A stretch of 63,715 bases of DNA, filler included, from Collodictyon triciliatum (lineage: Eukaryota): the NCBI GenBank assembly GCA_043381765.1. It is 11 parts of 11 records of this genome, joined end to end, with 100 filler letters (N's around TTAATTAATTAA, not from the genome) between each part and the next. Parts side by side here need not be neighbours in the genome. Positions count along the whole stretch, not along the records: positions 13,166 to 19,647 come from JBHJMP010004430.1; positions 19,748 to 26,220 come from JBHJMP010004431.1; positions 26,321 to 32,792 come from JBHJMP010004432.1; 8 more parts are not named here. One strand, written 5' to 3'. The translations under genes were made by a program, and so were the position numbers. Positions 13,484-32,662 of this stretch are shown one piece after another (within the stretch, counting starts at the first letter, position 1; each line of letters begins with the position of its first letter). The notes under the pieces were generated by a model, which was given only the letters and a program-made list of their open reading frames with translations, was not told where the DNA came from and ran no database searches.

Positions 13484-15737
13484 ATGGACTCTACGGTTTA
13501 TCAGCAACTTTATCCAGCAATATTCCTTCGCCAGCAGTTGGAACGAACAACCACTCATAACTTTGTGCAGAGACGACATCTTCCAAAATCATCGCTCGTG
13601 GTAACTCTCTTCTCATCCACCAAAAATATGAATATCCTGGCGAGCACAAGTCATGCTCTCGGATCGTCGAATCATTGATGCTGAGACTGATTTATTACAT
13701 GGCGCAAACTCACTAATACTGTGAAAACTGCACTTTTTATCGGTAGTGTGAAGTTCTTGGATCGAAAAGTTCATTATGCTATGATGAGAGAGTCCATTTA
13801 TCTAATGTAATCAAGTAGAGGAAATATCCTGAATTATCTGTTGAAGGTTGCTTTATAGATAGTGGATATATCTTTTGTAAATTAAAGGAGCTAAGAATAA
13901 CTGTAAAATGGTATTTTAGCATTCAATATCATCTTCATGCGAAGCACGAGTCGGAAATACTATTGTAATAGCGGCACTAATAACCGACGAAAGTTTGGAG
14001 ATAGGGACAAAAAAGTATCCAATACCAAAAATAAGCCTCTCATTCGAAAATATGGCACTGCCTTGCTACTTGTATTCAAAGTTGGAACAGGAGAATGTAT
14101 TGTTATTACTATTTTAATTATAAACTAAAGAAGGAAAAACAAAAATGATTCGATGTATTGTAAAATGTTCTAAAATTATTCCACAATCTTTAATTTATTA
14201 TTCTCATTTTCCTCAATTATAAAAGATAAAGTTAAATTTGTGCTGTCGACAATATTTGTCTGATTTTCGGCACATATAATTAAATAGATTAAATCGAGAA
14301 TACCGTCAGTCGTCAAAGTGGTAATGTCGGCTCTAGAGAATATAGCCCCTACTAAATCATTACCGTGGTAAATTTATTTAGGTTTTTTTGCATGTCTTCT
14401 TTTTTTTCTTGTACAATGAAAAGTTGCAGAATCTTAATTTGAGTTCACTCCTATCTGTATAATTTTCTTCTTGTCTTTAAAAATGCAAGCCCGGGCGAAC
14501 TCGTCGTTGATGTATTTGGGTATGATGGAAATTTGGCACAAGCTGTGTTCATGGCCAGCCTTTGTTGCATCACAAGATTCGGACAAGAGCACGATGTACC
14601 GATTCTGATTCCAGATAGGATCCAAATTATCAGTATCGGAGCGATTTCAGTACAAGGTGAACACATAAAAAATAATAATAAATAAAATGTATAGTGACTA
14701 TTCGGATTTCTTTTCTATCTAGCCCAATACTATAGTGCTGGTGAATTGATTTCATGTCTCAATGTGATATATGTGCAATTTACACAAGAATTGTGATACA
14801 ATGTGACTGGATGAGGTTATGATAAAAGTGTAAATGTCAAACTAAAAAAGTCTGCAAAATAGGAAAAGAAAAACATATAATCCAGCCAAACGCTTCAGAA
14901 GAACGGGTGTGTGGGTGTGTTAAGGATGTCCTTATCGACATATGCAACACTGAGATGTTGGAAACGTATGGTATGACTCAAGTATGAATCTCATCTCCAC
15001 AACATCGTAAAAGAATAAAATAGCCAAGGTGTGAATGCTTTCCATAGAACATGCACCGCACAATATATTCCTCGTTTGACAAGTTTTGCAATTGAAAGTC
15101 ATAACTAGCATTTACGCTGCGGGTGCAGGCTCCAAAAAATAGATATTTTTTAACGAAAATTTGAAAATACTGTAGGAACAAATCGGTAAAATAAGTCGGT
15201 GGACTAAAGATATCAAGCAACATGATTCTTTCCGAGGTATGGTAGAATATATATATTTCGCCTCGTCTTATGTGGCGCATTATGAAAAACGGGTATCCCG
15301 CCTCTGACTTTATTATGTACTCATCCCAATATGTGCAGTTGCCATGTTAAAAAAAATAATTATGTGTCCACTCTTTCATAGAATGTAATGGTAATAGTAC
15401 TGAACATTCATGTACCTGATCTTCAGGAAAACCTCCGGAAGCAAAAGTCAACGCTGATACTTCCAAGCGAGTCAGACCAGATGATGCCACCTTAGAACAT
15501 CCAGATGATAAACTGGTAAGAACTTTGCAGAACATGATGATAAATCCGAATCGTATGACCAATTAACTTATCAAACCAGTCCTCGTTACTCCCAACTTCT
15601 TATTGCTGTATATTTTTTTTTATACACCCGTTGAAATAATTCTCTACTTCTCGCAGCCTTTTCCGCTTGCAAAGCAGACAGAGGCCCATGCCGAGGAGAT
15701 GCTTTATGAGCTGACAGACTCAGAGGACGACAGCTGA
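13484..15737 (+). CDS. Multi-exon gene(s); possibly a divergent RNase PH-like exosome subunit (Rrp43/Rrp42-like). The 3' exons may belong to a second gene
   Basis: The N-terminus MDSTVYQQLYPAIFLRQQLE resembles Rrp43 F..I.P..F...L. An exon at ~14490-14657 gives LVVDVFGYDGNLAQAVFMASLCC, resembling LD.DGN..DA...A..AAL. Further GT-AG-bounded exons run to an acidic C-terminus (ELTDSEDDS*). Exon chain not fully resolved. Confidence 0.35.
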
Positions 15738-16997
15738 GGAAATGCCGAGTGCGAGTGTCTTGTCCTTCCCTTTTTCTTTTTTCTTTTTTTTTTATCTTGC
15801 ATTCTGAGTCACTGACAGAGCGTCGGCAAGAAAGAAAATCGCAATCAGCAATGCCACCACTTCCCTTGAGAAAAACTTCTGTCGAAATAAACATATATTC
15901 CACATAAGGACGCACTGCAAAACGCAAGCCTAACGCAAAAAAAAAAAAAGACTAAGAAAATACAAGTGCAGCCCCAGAAATGACGCTCTTGTAATACGTC
16001 ACATCTGCATCACCACACATCATCACAGAGCGCAGCCATCCAACGTGTGATTCCCCTTCCATCATGGGCGATTAATTCAAGTGTTCTATTGCTTCGGATG
16101 TTAGGACATTCGGCTCATCATTCTCGAAATCACCTTGAATCCTCTCTTTTTCTTTCTCCTTTCTTGTTTTTAATTATTATTTTTTTCCCCTCCTTTGACC
16201 GACACTACACAATGACGCTATCGGTGATATCATCGCATACGCATGCGTCCAGTGTCACAAATCTACGCTATGAATCGTCACTGAGGCCACCTATATCAAA
16301 ACCCAAAGCGCAACAACGGCCACGCATTGAGTGCGACGAAACCCACACCACGCACGTCCACAGACAAAGCTTGTATGACCAAAGAAAAATATACCAATGG
16401 TCGAATCACGTCCCAACTTCACCCCCCAAAAAAAAAAGCACGAAAAGAGAAGCTTTGAGGAAGAACGAGCAGGACGTTATTGCGAGCCATGGCCTTGAGT
16501 TCTTACCTTTGCGTCTTCCCAGAGAACCTTTGTTCCCTTCTCAATAGAAAGTCGCGTGACGAGACTCGAAACAAAGAGAAGGAAGAAAAGATTCCCATAT
16601 TGCAAGGAATAGGAAAAGAAAACTCACCAGCACATACAAATAAATCCCGCACCCATTATGCAAGCGCGCCGTATCCAAACCATCCTATCCCACGTCAACC
16701 CAAAGGCAAGTACTTAACTTCATCACGATACACAATACTCTTTGGCTGACTCCACCCCCAGTGACCATATATTAGAATGCCTAACCTCCTGTGCATAAAT
16801 AAGAACCAGCAGAAAATATCATTGTTTATCCTTGGTTGTCTCCAAACCTGCTTCTTGAAGTCACCACAAGTCTCCATTTATTTAATTATTATTTAATTGT
16901 TGTTTTTTTTTATTTTGAATAAAAGCAGGGGCTTCAAAATATCGCCACATCAGCCGGGTTAAACAGTGAAGAACTGCGCAACTTAATCAATCGCCAA

Positions 16998-19462
16998 ATG
17001 CAAACAGAGGGCATCCAAATCGCAGCCGGTGCGTCACTGAAGCCCGAGTTTCTTGAGATTCTTTCGCCCGCTGCCCTGACCTTTGTAGCCAATCTGAACC
17101 GGTTCGATTCTTTTAAGCCCTGGCTATCCCTCCAAATACTTCCTTATGCTTAAACACCAGTTCTTTTTGTTCAACTTTGTTTTTTGTTTTTTTGTTTTTT
17201 TTATAGCTTTTTTTTAAAAATAACCCAAGATACCGCGCATTCATTATAAAAGCCTTTTGTGTTGTTGAACACGCCTCTATAATGTTGAATGGACTAGCCC
17301 TAGAATAGCTCTTCTCTCGCTTTGTTATATTCATACAATATATATTACATAGAAAGTTCAACACCCGCCGTCTGGAGCTTCTTGCGCAGCGCCAAACACG
17401 ACAAAAGGAAATCGACGCTGGAAAGTTCCCGACTTTCCTGACTGAAACCAAGCACATCCGTGATGGTGACTGGAAGGTGACATTGACTCGCATGATTATC
17501 TTCGAGTCTCATACTTGAACACGAAAACACTTTAAATACTTCATGGGCAGGCTCCACACGTGAATATATACATCACATCATAAGCTCTGTCATTCGAATG
17601 TATAATTTCTTCAAACCAACCGCGATGCCCGTCTCTTGATAGGTTGCCCCGATTCCCAAGGACATCCAAGACCGCCGTGTGGAAATCACCGGCCCAGTCG
17701 ACCGCAAAATGGTCATCAACGCACTCAACTCTGGGGCAAGCTGCTTCATGGCTGACTTTGAAGACTCCCATACACCCACGTTCGAAAACAATATCTACGG
17801 TCATATCAATATGCGCGATGCTGTCCGCAAGACAATCAGGTTTGCAGCATCCTTCAGCCTCAATTCGCACAGATAGCTACGCATGGCCACACAACAAGAT
17901 ATAATTTGTCTTTCAGTTACATCAAAATACACATAATAAAATATGAGGGTCTAATTTAGTCTCTTCTGAATAGCTACAAGACCCCAGAAGGTAAGGAGTA
18001 CAAACTGAACCCCACCACAGCAGTGCTATTTGTCCGTCCTCGTGGTTGGCACCTGGATGAAAAGTACATCACACTCGACGGTGTTCCGATCTCTGGCTCA
18101 TTGTATGACTTTGCCCTCTTCTTTTTCCACAATGCTGCTGCGTTGCTGGAGAGAGGCTCTGGTCCGTATTTTTACTTGCCGAAGGTTTGTGTTACGCCTT
18201 TTTGAAGCATTTATACGTATAAAAAGATAGGAAATTGCTTTAGGCATATTGGTTTCATTCGCATATGAAATGATTCAAACGGTGTGATTTTTTTCAATTA
18301 GATGGAGAGTCACCTCGAAGCGCGTCTCTGGAATGATGTTTTCAACTTTGCGCAGGTTTCTCTCTTTTTTTAAAAATAATAATTAATTATTATTTCTTTA
18401 TACTTTTAATTATCGGTAATGTGTGATTCTGGTGGATTTTGCTCTTACATATCCCTCTTGCTACTCGGTAGGATGAACTTGGAATTCCCCGTGGGTCCAT
18501 TCGTGCCACCGTTTTGATTGAGACCATCCTTGCTGCCTTCGAGATGGACGAGATTCTTTACGAGCTTCGTGACCACTCCGCAGGTAATTAGTGCATTCCA
18601 GCATACTCCGCATGCTGCACATGCATTTTGTTTTTAGAAGAAAAAACAAACTAAAGAAAGAACATTGTTCTAACTGCAAGTATACACCTTTGCATCGGAT
18701 AACTCTACATCTTTGTTTGCAAAGGGCTCAATTGCGGTCGCTGGGACTACATCTTCAGCTACATCAAAAAGTTTCGTAACCATCCGCAGTGTATCCTTCC
18801 TGAAAGAGGCCAAGTCACAATGACCGTGCCCTTCATGAAAGCGTATGTGGAGCTCCTCATCAAGACGTGCCACAAGAGAGGCATCCATGCTATGGGAGGT
18901 AAAGAGAACCCGCGAACACTTTTTGAAAAGATGCATTTGATAATCATCAGCGGCAACCTTTCGATGCTTACGATTTGGGACAGCGATGATACTAGGATGA
19001 TTTCGATCAGCAACTCTAATTCTCGTGTTCAATTCACAAGGTATGGCTGCTCAAATCCCGGTTCGTGACAACCCAGAACTCAATAAAGCCGCCATGGACA
19101 AGGTGACAGCCGATAAGCTGCGGGAGGTCACTGCCGGTTAGTGATGTGATTGATTTTATCTCAGAGTCATAGAGCTCGATCCTTTTTTCTGTAACTATCA
19201 TCAACCATGCCTATATATTCAATGAAGATATTCTTTCACAGGTCACGACGGAACTTGGGTGAGCTGCAAACCTATTTCAACCCATTGGCTGGCTGAGCCG
19301 TCCACGCTTGAGCATTCTACCCCATTAATGATATCATATGAAAATGCGAAGATATGTGTTGGTGACCGCTTTGTCTTTTCAGGTGGCCCACCCCGGTCTT
19401 GTGCCCTTGGCGAAGAAGGTCTTTGACGAGCATATGAAGACGCCAAACCAGATTCACATAGC
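16998..19462 (+). CDS. MLS1: Malate synthase A (glyoxylate cycle); 3'-truncated at contig end
   Basis: Exons encode [128 protein letters not shown] and GHDGTWVAHPGLV. The frame is open back to an acceptor at 16928, so the start may be upstream. Confidence 0.98.
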
Positions 19463-19747
19463 GTATGCCGAAGTTCTTCCACTTTTATCATTGTTGTTGT
19501 TATTGTTATTCTTCTTCTTATTATTATTAGTATTATTATTAGTATTATTATTAGTATTATTATTAGTATTATTATTAGTATTATTATTAGTATTATTATT
19601 AGTATTATTATTAGTATTATTATTAGTAACAAGCACTTATTATTAGTNNNNNNNNNNNNNNNNNNNNNNNNNNNNNNNNNNNNNNNNNNNNTTAATTAAT
19701 TAANNNNNNNNNNNNNNNNNNNNNNNNNNNNNNNNNNNNNNNNNNNN

Positions 19748-19845
<98 letters not shown>

Positions 19846-20257
19846 CTCTGTTATTTGCTGCTCTTCCTTTTTCTTCTCCTTCGACCTCCTCTACAGCAGA
19901 CCTCACCGGCTGCAAGTTATGAGAGACACACAAACGCAACCACTTTCTGGTCTGAGGGCTAGCCACTCACAGTGTTTTTTAAGGGGCTTGCATGAAAAGA
20001 ATCCACCAGTGAACTGGGAAGGAAAAAAAGAGAAAGAGAAAGAGAAAGATAAAAGAGTGAAAGAGTGAAAGAGTGAAAGAGTGAAAGAGTGAAAGAGTGA
20101 AAGAGTGAAAGAGTGAGAGAGTGAGAGAGTGAAAGAGTGAAAGAGTGAAAGAGTGAGAGAGTGAGAGAGTGAAGAGAGTGAAAGAGTGAAAGAGTGAAAG
20201 AGTGAAAGAGTAAAAGAGTGAAAATGAAAGAAAGAGAGAAGAAAAAAAAGGCGGGTG

Positions 20258-23200
20258 CTAAAACTCGGCAACAGCATCTCTGGTTACTTCGCTAGCGGTG
20301 TTGCGAGAGGGAATCTGTGTTTCAGAGTCTTTCAGCCAGTCGACTTGTGCGATGAACCTCGCCAATACATCACGGCATTCTCTGACTTGGTAACCGATGA
20401 CTTTGTGGTTTCGCTGTCCTTTGGCTTCTTTCACCGGATGGAACTCGAAAGACTGACAGTTCGACAATTCATTTCGCGCACGCCTTGATACCTGAGCCAT
20501 CAATTATGGCACGTCAAGAAAAGTTTATTTCAAAGAGATTTTAAGAAATAATAATACCATTTTGATAAACAAAAAAAAAAAAAATAAGTTGCGCAGACTG
20601 TTTTTACAGTTATACTTACGTAAACACCATCCTCCTGACTAAGCTGGCTTAGCTTATCAGACTCTCGGACTGATTTGAATTAAAGGTTAGGGTCTTTCGG
20701 AAACTATCTTGTGTGCCACATTGGAACCATTTCATTCAAGCTTTTTTTTGAGCGAGATATGCAAAAATATAACTGTAATGCGTTTAGTGAATGAGATGTG
20801 ACAAAAAAAAATATCCATTTACCAGCATCCCCGATGACATCATAAATCATTTCCTGCTTATCTATGCAAGATGGTCATGTCATGAGATGATAAAGCTTAT
20901 CTCCTGAAAGAAATCGCCTAATGAATAAGTATTCTCGAGAAAAGTTACCTATGATTCCATTCAGACACTCTCCCATACTGATTCCGCTACTTACAGATAA
21001 TTTACCCAATCCATCTTGTTGACATGATATACTCAAGAACTTCGGCAACTAAAAACAACAAGAAACGAGTTTATTAAATTTTTTTTTTAAAAAAAAAAGG
21101 CATGCTTAGTTATATTCTATCGTTTTGAGTTTTGGTTGATAGTGAAGTAACAGCATCCATAAAGCACATTTAACAAAATGCACCTCAAATCCAAGGCGAA
21201 TGGCAAGCTCAAGTTGTTCCTGTATCTTGACTCTTGAGTCCCTTTTTTTGCTCATCATCTGGGCGATGGAACAAAACATTTTTTTTGATAATGTCACACA
21301 AAAGTATTGTTTATACTCTGAAGATATGTTGCGGTAAAAATAAATTAAAACAGTAAATGGATGAATGGGCATTTCGCATATAAAAGTATGATTGGATTAC
21401 TGTGCAGCTATGCGCACTGACTTGCAGTACTTCAAAATCAAAATGAAAGCAGAGATTTTCAATTCGAACGTACAACTCTATTAGAATGGTGTACTATTAA
21501 AACCATAGTCTTTAAAGTTCGTCTATTATTATTAATTTTTCGAGCAAAATATGAATGATTATTTTTATTATTTTATTTTTATTGCGGAACTTATAGTGAC
21601 TGATTTTATGGGCTGAAAAAAATATCAAAAATATAGTTTGATAAACAAATTCTTCTTACCAGATATAATATCAAATAATTTTTTAGGATCTTCGTTAACT
21701 AAATTCATGATGGGCTCGAAATTGATGTGAAATGTCAGAAAAACTCCGTGTAAGCGTTCAATCAATGGCTGAGATGACTGAAGAGCCTTGAATGTATCTG
21801 TCGATATTACAGACATGATAATCTCTTCTACGCGCTCTTTCTCAAGAAAACACTCCTGAATTTTCTAAGAATACGATGGTTGTCAATATCTATTCAAGTT
21901 TACTTATTAACAAGAATTACTCAAAAAATACCTAGAAAAATATCTCTGAGAGATAGGATGAATAAAGTGTTTTGATAAGTATTAATTTAGGCATACAGTT
22001 GATACTAGCTTCTTGAACAGGAATGTTTTTCGTGATGTGTAATCGCGATTGACCACACAAATCCAAAAGAAGTTCACCGGTATTATACCAAAGTCAAGGA
22101 CATAAAATGCCATTTTTACGAAACTAAACCTGCATGTAGCAAAAAAATTGACCCAAATCACTGGCGTAAATCACTGGCATAAACCAATAAAAATAGAAAC
22201 AAATAAACAGATAACACATTTATGAAATAAAATAAAGTAATCGTAAGGGGCCCACTCACGATTTGGCAATCGAAACACTGACATAAAAAAAGAATCCGCA
22301 CAAAATAGTGACTAGATATGTCATCAAGAAATCGATCGGTGCTACTGTAAATGATGAGACTGTGAATATTGCCCATTCATACACTTCAGTTGGTAACTGA
22401 AGGAGATCAGATGTCTTGACAATTTTTAGCAAATCCTGATCGAAGGTCATCAAAATGTACTGTGATATGATCGCAAGGAAAGATGCCAACATGAGCAGAT
22501 AGTAAACTCTCCATGGATTCAACCAGTACTCTTCCATACTCGAAATGTTCCTCCATGAAGTAGCGTACAGGATCAAATGAATAAGAAATACTGGAATAAT
22601 CACGTAGAAGCGTGCATAAACATAGCCACGCTCAAAAAAACTGAAATTCAATCCCACTTCTTTGTACAAAGTAAAGTATATCAATCCATAGAGAAATAAC
22701 TCCAAAAAAATTCCAAGTATGCACAAACTGAACTCTCCATATGCATTCAAAAATAAAAGGAAGTATAATGGACTGATTAGGACATTGACAATATAAAGCA
22801 GCAGAATAAAGTGATTTTTATCATTTTCATGCATGTATTTTTTTCTTTTACCCCATCAATTTCCAGTTCAAATTTGTTTGAAGAAACCGTTTGTACTCTT
22901 CTTCCAACGATTGGTCAGTAAAATTTAATATTCCCGTGTACTTTAGCACTTTATGTGATTCTTTCATGAATATTATTCTTTCTTCAGAATTTTTCAGTTC
23001 TACTTGCTTGATTTACATCATGCATATAATGTTGTAGTTAGCTGGTTGATTATATTTTTTTGGAATTTGATTGCTTCGAATTATTTCATCGACTTACCGA
23101 CTTGCGACCATCGTTTTAAAAAAATTAGTTCAAATGGTAAATACCAAAAAAAAAAAAAAAATTACATCGTCTACATGGATCCCTTCTACAATTATATCTT

Positions 23201-26065
23201 CAGAATGTAGTTTAACTTTCTGAATGGTCTTCATATCTTGATTGCTTTCTTTAATATCAGCAGTACTTCCTGGCGAAATAAAATCACTAGAATCATGTCG
23301 GTTTGTAGATAAATCGGTCCTGGATACACTGAATATAGGCTTCTTGCCATCTGCAGTTCTTATTTCGTGGACTGTGAGCTCGTGCATCGGCTGAGTGTAA
23401 TATTGAAATATTGTGATATGTGAGATATTTTATGTCATCGTCGAGGAAGTTACGAATCGGATTCGAATGCTGAAGTTAATTTGGTGCATATACGGTGAAA
23501 CCATTTTTAATCCTTACCTTAATTTGATTTGCCAGAGATTTGTTTATTATTACTTCACCACTCACTTTACAATTGAGACAGTATTGCGCTTCGTCATAGG
23601 CTTCATTGATATTTTAGAGTTAAGAAAAAAAGGATTTTTGTTTCAGCAGAAATAACGATATGTATGAGGGTAAAGTCCAAAATCAGAAAGAAAATGTCTT
23701 GTTTTTTTTTTAAAAAAAAAATACGCCAATCACATATCATAATTTGATTTGTGGAGCCAAGATTTTTTTTATTCTTCCTTTCAATTATGTGTAGGATGGT
23801 GGATGATTTGTGGTGCGACGATAATCATATTTATTATTTTATATGTTTGAATAACAAGAATTACCATCGCCCACTACATCAAATGTTCTCTTTTCACAAC
23901 CAATAATTCCACCCATAAGTTTTCCCTCTCCGATTCCGACACTTATAATAATCTGGAACACAATTAATAAAGTGAAATATATTATAAAATAGATTTTTAT
24001 TTTTCTGTAGTAATTTAATTACGAAAACTGCAGGATATATCTGGTAAATAAAATATGAGAAAAAAGTTTTGATGTGCTCACAGCAGCCTGAAATTCTGAA
24101 ACTTGATTATTGTAAGAATGTGCAATCTGAATGGCGATTTCGACACATCGAAAACTCTCTACGATATCCCCGAAAAGTCCGCTGACAACCTTGGAAAAAA
24201 ATCAGGAGTAAGTGTTTTCTATAATAAACTTCCCGCTGTTTTTTTTTTTTTTTTGAAATTCAAACAATATCTAATCACCATTATTTCTTGACCTTGTTCA
24301 AGTAATCACCACCGATATAATTTATGGGAGAGATTTTTCGGTGTGATTAGTGTGAAAAATTTATAATATATCAATTACAAATAATGAAACTTTGAGATTA
24401 TATTGATTACGTTTTTCTTTTATTTATACCTTTAGATTTGACTCGATATAAGCCAGCTCTATGATTAGATGGGCCGATTATGGTTTAAATATGCTTTAAT
24501 AAATTTTTTGATCAAAAGATTTTATACTTCATTTTATTTATGTATTGAACTTACGCCTTGATGGAATTTATGACGTGTCTATAAGTTTTTTTATTCACAA
24601 TAAGATTGATATTTCATATATACATGTTTATTTGTTCTGGTAGAAAGTATATAAAATGCATATGATGATTCATCATTCAATTGATTAAAGATTCTTACTT
24701 GTAGCATTCTTTTGCGATTCTTATAGAATCCTTTGTTACTCTATCTTCAATTCCATGAATATCAAAGTTGAAAATAATGACACAGGCCTTCTCCGTTTTA
24801 TAGGAAGGGTATGAATCTAACATACTTGTCATATCACGACAAACTGGACTAAACAAAGTATATGGAATTAATATTCCTATTAATGTGAAAAGGATAATAA
24901 TAAAAATGCGTCCAAGTATAATTTTTTTTAGAAAATGGAAACCTTGGAAAAATCTTCAGCAGGAGCATTTTTGTTCGCTGCTTTGATTTTATAGCCACCG
25001 AGTGTAATGCCATAATTTTCTTTTGGAAAATAAACATTCTAAAAAAAACCCAAATGAATCAATCTTCCCCCTAAAATATTTATCATAATACCAGAAAATA
25101 ATACGAAGCTTATTCTGTTAATATATTAAATATATTGATAGAACCTTCTGTCATTGTAGTCAATTAATTTCGCGACACAAATTGTAAAAAATGTCCCGAT
25201 GATGAGAGGACAAATAACTCGGAATATAGCGATGCCAGATACGTTCAAAAGAGTGAATAATATAATAGCAGTCAAAACGGCATAGACGATAAGCAGTGAA
25301 ATAAAAAAGTCTCTTCGAATAACCGTCATAAACACCTTTATAAATATTGGAAGAATTTTAACAAATAAGTTCATATTGATGTCGTTCGATGTGTCACATA
25401 TGATATTTTACTAACCATGATCACAAATATTGTTTGCATGGGTGGTCCGGACACAGTGATAAGATAGTTTCTTCTCTCCAACATGAAGCAAATCTCCACA
25501 AGGAAAAATGCCAAGGGGTGGACGAAGCAATATGTCCTATAAATTTTAGAGTCTTGATTTTACACAACTTTGATTCTTTGAAGAATAGATAACATCCTGG
25601 AGGACAATTCAGGGTAGTTATTTCTAAAATATGCAAAAAAAAAAAAAACTTGCTTTTTGAAAACCACATCCTTTAGTGATATAGATGAGAAAAGCAAACA
25701 GAAAAGCAATGTCATCAAACTTGGAAGGTAATCTGGATGGAAGTGGTAGTTCCCACTAAGTTTTAAAAGTTTGTCAAAAACTATTCATCGAAACGTCGTA
25801 TGGACATTTCAACTCATACTGAAAGGAATGGTTTTCTATCAAAAATACGCCGTACAGACGAAAAGGATGCACCATTTTATTATTGAATTATTGTGCAGAA
25901 ATAAATATTACTCTGTTACTACATATATGACAACAGTAAGGCCATTTGAAATTGCCGCCAAAATCATAAGAAGGAAAAACGGAAGTCTTTGTGATTGAAC
26001 TTGATGCTCATAAAAGTCTGACTCCATCTGCGGATCAAGAAACCTAAATTTCAATGAGCTAAATC
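20258..26065 (-). CDS. Multi-pass membrane class III nucleotidyl-cyclase-like protein (TM-C1-TM-C2) with degenerate catalytic sites; 5'-truncated
   Basis: N-terminal LKFRFLDPQMESDFYE, then TM exons. C1: KQRTKMLLLKIFP, IIFNFDIHG, GLYRVKSKGQEIMVVSGLFG, ISVGIGEGKLMGGIIGCEKRTFDVVGD. Second TM block at 22834-22261. C2: LEKERVEEIIMSVIS, LSVSSGISMGECLNGII, IYDVIGDAVRES, ending in ORF 20503-20258. Confidence 0.8.
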
Positions 26066-26565
26066 ACCGATATGTGTAGTACAATGTTATTTATCATATT
26101 CCAAATTTCTATTAGTCGAATACATACATACATACATACATACATACATACATACATACATACATACATACATACATACATACATACATACATACATACA
26201 TACATACATACATACATACANNNNNNNNNNNNNNNNNNNNNNNNNNNNNNNNNNNNNNNNNNNNTTAATTAATTAANNNNNNNNNNNNNNNNNNNNNNNN
26301 NNNNNNNNNNNNNNNNNNNNTGTTTGTTTGTTTGTTTGTTTGTTTGTTTGTTTGTTTGTTTGTTTGTTTGTTTGTTTGTTTGTTTGTTTGTTTGTTTGTT
26401 TGTTTGTTTGTTTGTTTGTTTGTTTGTTTGTTTGTTTGTTTAAAAAAGAAGATATTAATGACGAAAATAGGAATAAGCCAGAATGCAGTTTCAAATCCCA
26501 TAAAGTGCTGTATCGATTGAAGGTATATTATCCTTTCATGCCTGTGGAAGAGTGCCTTCGTATGA

Positions 26566-31248
<4,683 letters not shown>

Positions 31249-32452
31249 CCTGCAAAAATCAAAAGTTGACAATGATGGAAGTACTGAAAAGGAATGCTCC
31301 CTTATTCATATGTTTTCGTAGAATCATGCAGATATAAGCGCTCTACAATACTGGAAATTATACAATATGGTTCTGAAATTTCGTAAACACAGCAACGAAA
31401 GCCTACATACTGCACCATATCATGCGGGTGTATATGTATCAACCAATGGTGTCCTTACTTCTTATGTGGTTCTACTGAATCTTTCTTGTTCTTGAATTGG
31501 TTCATGAAGCTTACACGATTCAAGAATCGCCTCCAAACCCAACAACCACACAAGACACTCTTTGGTCTGCTGAAGCCTTTGCATTCTGACGGGGATGGTT
31601 TCATGCAGAAAAGATAAAAATGGAGCTACTTGATGGTCTTTTGGTACGCAATAATGCTGGAGGGCTTAAGTATACAAGGCCTTGTGCGCATTATGGGTAT
31701 GATGTGGGTAAGCCTTGGAAATTGTATCTATGATGCTCCACTAGTCTTTGGGTGGTATGCAAGTAATGGGTGAGGTGCTCTTTGAAAGGATAATCGGTGC
31801 ATTTTTGATTGACATTTATTCATAAAGGTTAGTTGGGTATATGATAAGCAGTTTTCCTACAGTTCAATGCAGCAAACTCAAAGGAAAGGCATGGCTTTGA
31901 CTGGAATAGTCTGTCTAAATAGATTCAGCTGTACGATTGCCAAGCCTTCCCAAACAATCAATTTGATGATGAATTTATCTATCTACATCCTTGTATCCTT
32001 GAACTTTGAAAAAAAAAAATGTATAGGAGAAAGCCTATGAATAATTTTTGTCCCTCTAAAATCACATCATAAATCGCTCGATTGCGCTCTGATTGTGTCG
32101 TAGGTCTACTTTCAGAGGCCCAACAACTTAATTTTAAAATAGGAAAGATGAGCTGATAGATTTTTAAGGGAGCGGAGTCATTTGAGATATATGGTTGGTT
32201 GCGCACGCACAGAGTGATTTTGACCTCGCAGCTGATGAAAAATTACCCTTGGTGCTTTTGGCACACCTCAGCAAACAACCGCTGCTTGTCTGCTCTTTAT
32301 ACAAAAGAAATTAATAGCACAGAGTTATGATTGCGGCGTGTGGGTCCTGCTATCAGATGGGATTACCACAAACGTGTATTGACAGCGGCAAAAGCAACAC
32401 CACGCGGGCGAGTGCGCTCCATCTGGAGTTGCTTTGATAAAAAAAATAAAAC

Positions 32453-32525
32453 TGGAGCCGACGGGAATCGAACCCGCTGCCTCCCGCATGCGAAGCGGGC
32501 GCTCTACCATGTGAGCTACGACCCC
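32453..32525 (-). tRNA. tRNA-Ala (anticodon CGC), intronless, no encoded CCA
   Basis: GGGGTCGTAGCTCACATGGTAGAGCGCCCGCTTCGCATGCGGGAGGCAGCGGGTTCGATTCCCGTCGGCTCCA folds as a cloverleaf with G3:U70 Ala identity pair, anticodon arm CCCGC-TTCGCAT-GCGGG and TTCGA T-loop; T-rich tract downstream. Confidence 0.97.
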
Positions 32526-32662
32526 ATCTTGTTCAATAGGGGAAAATTGCATACTATGAAGTATTGATATAAATTTATTTTTTGTTTATTTTTTTTCCCA
32601 TTACTTCACTCTCTTTTGCTTTTTTGATCATCGCTTACGATATAACCGCAAACGCGAGCACG

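Noticed and set aside
6872-19462. Metabolic gene cluster (chorismate synthase with malate synthase) or any synteny across spacers
   Set aside because: The genes are on different concatenated contigs, so adjacency is artificial.
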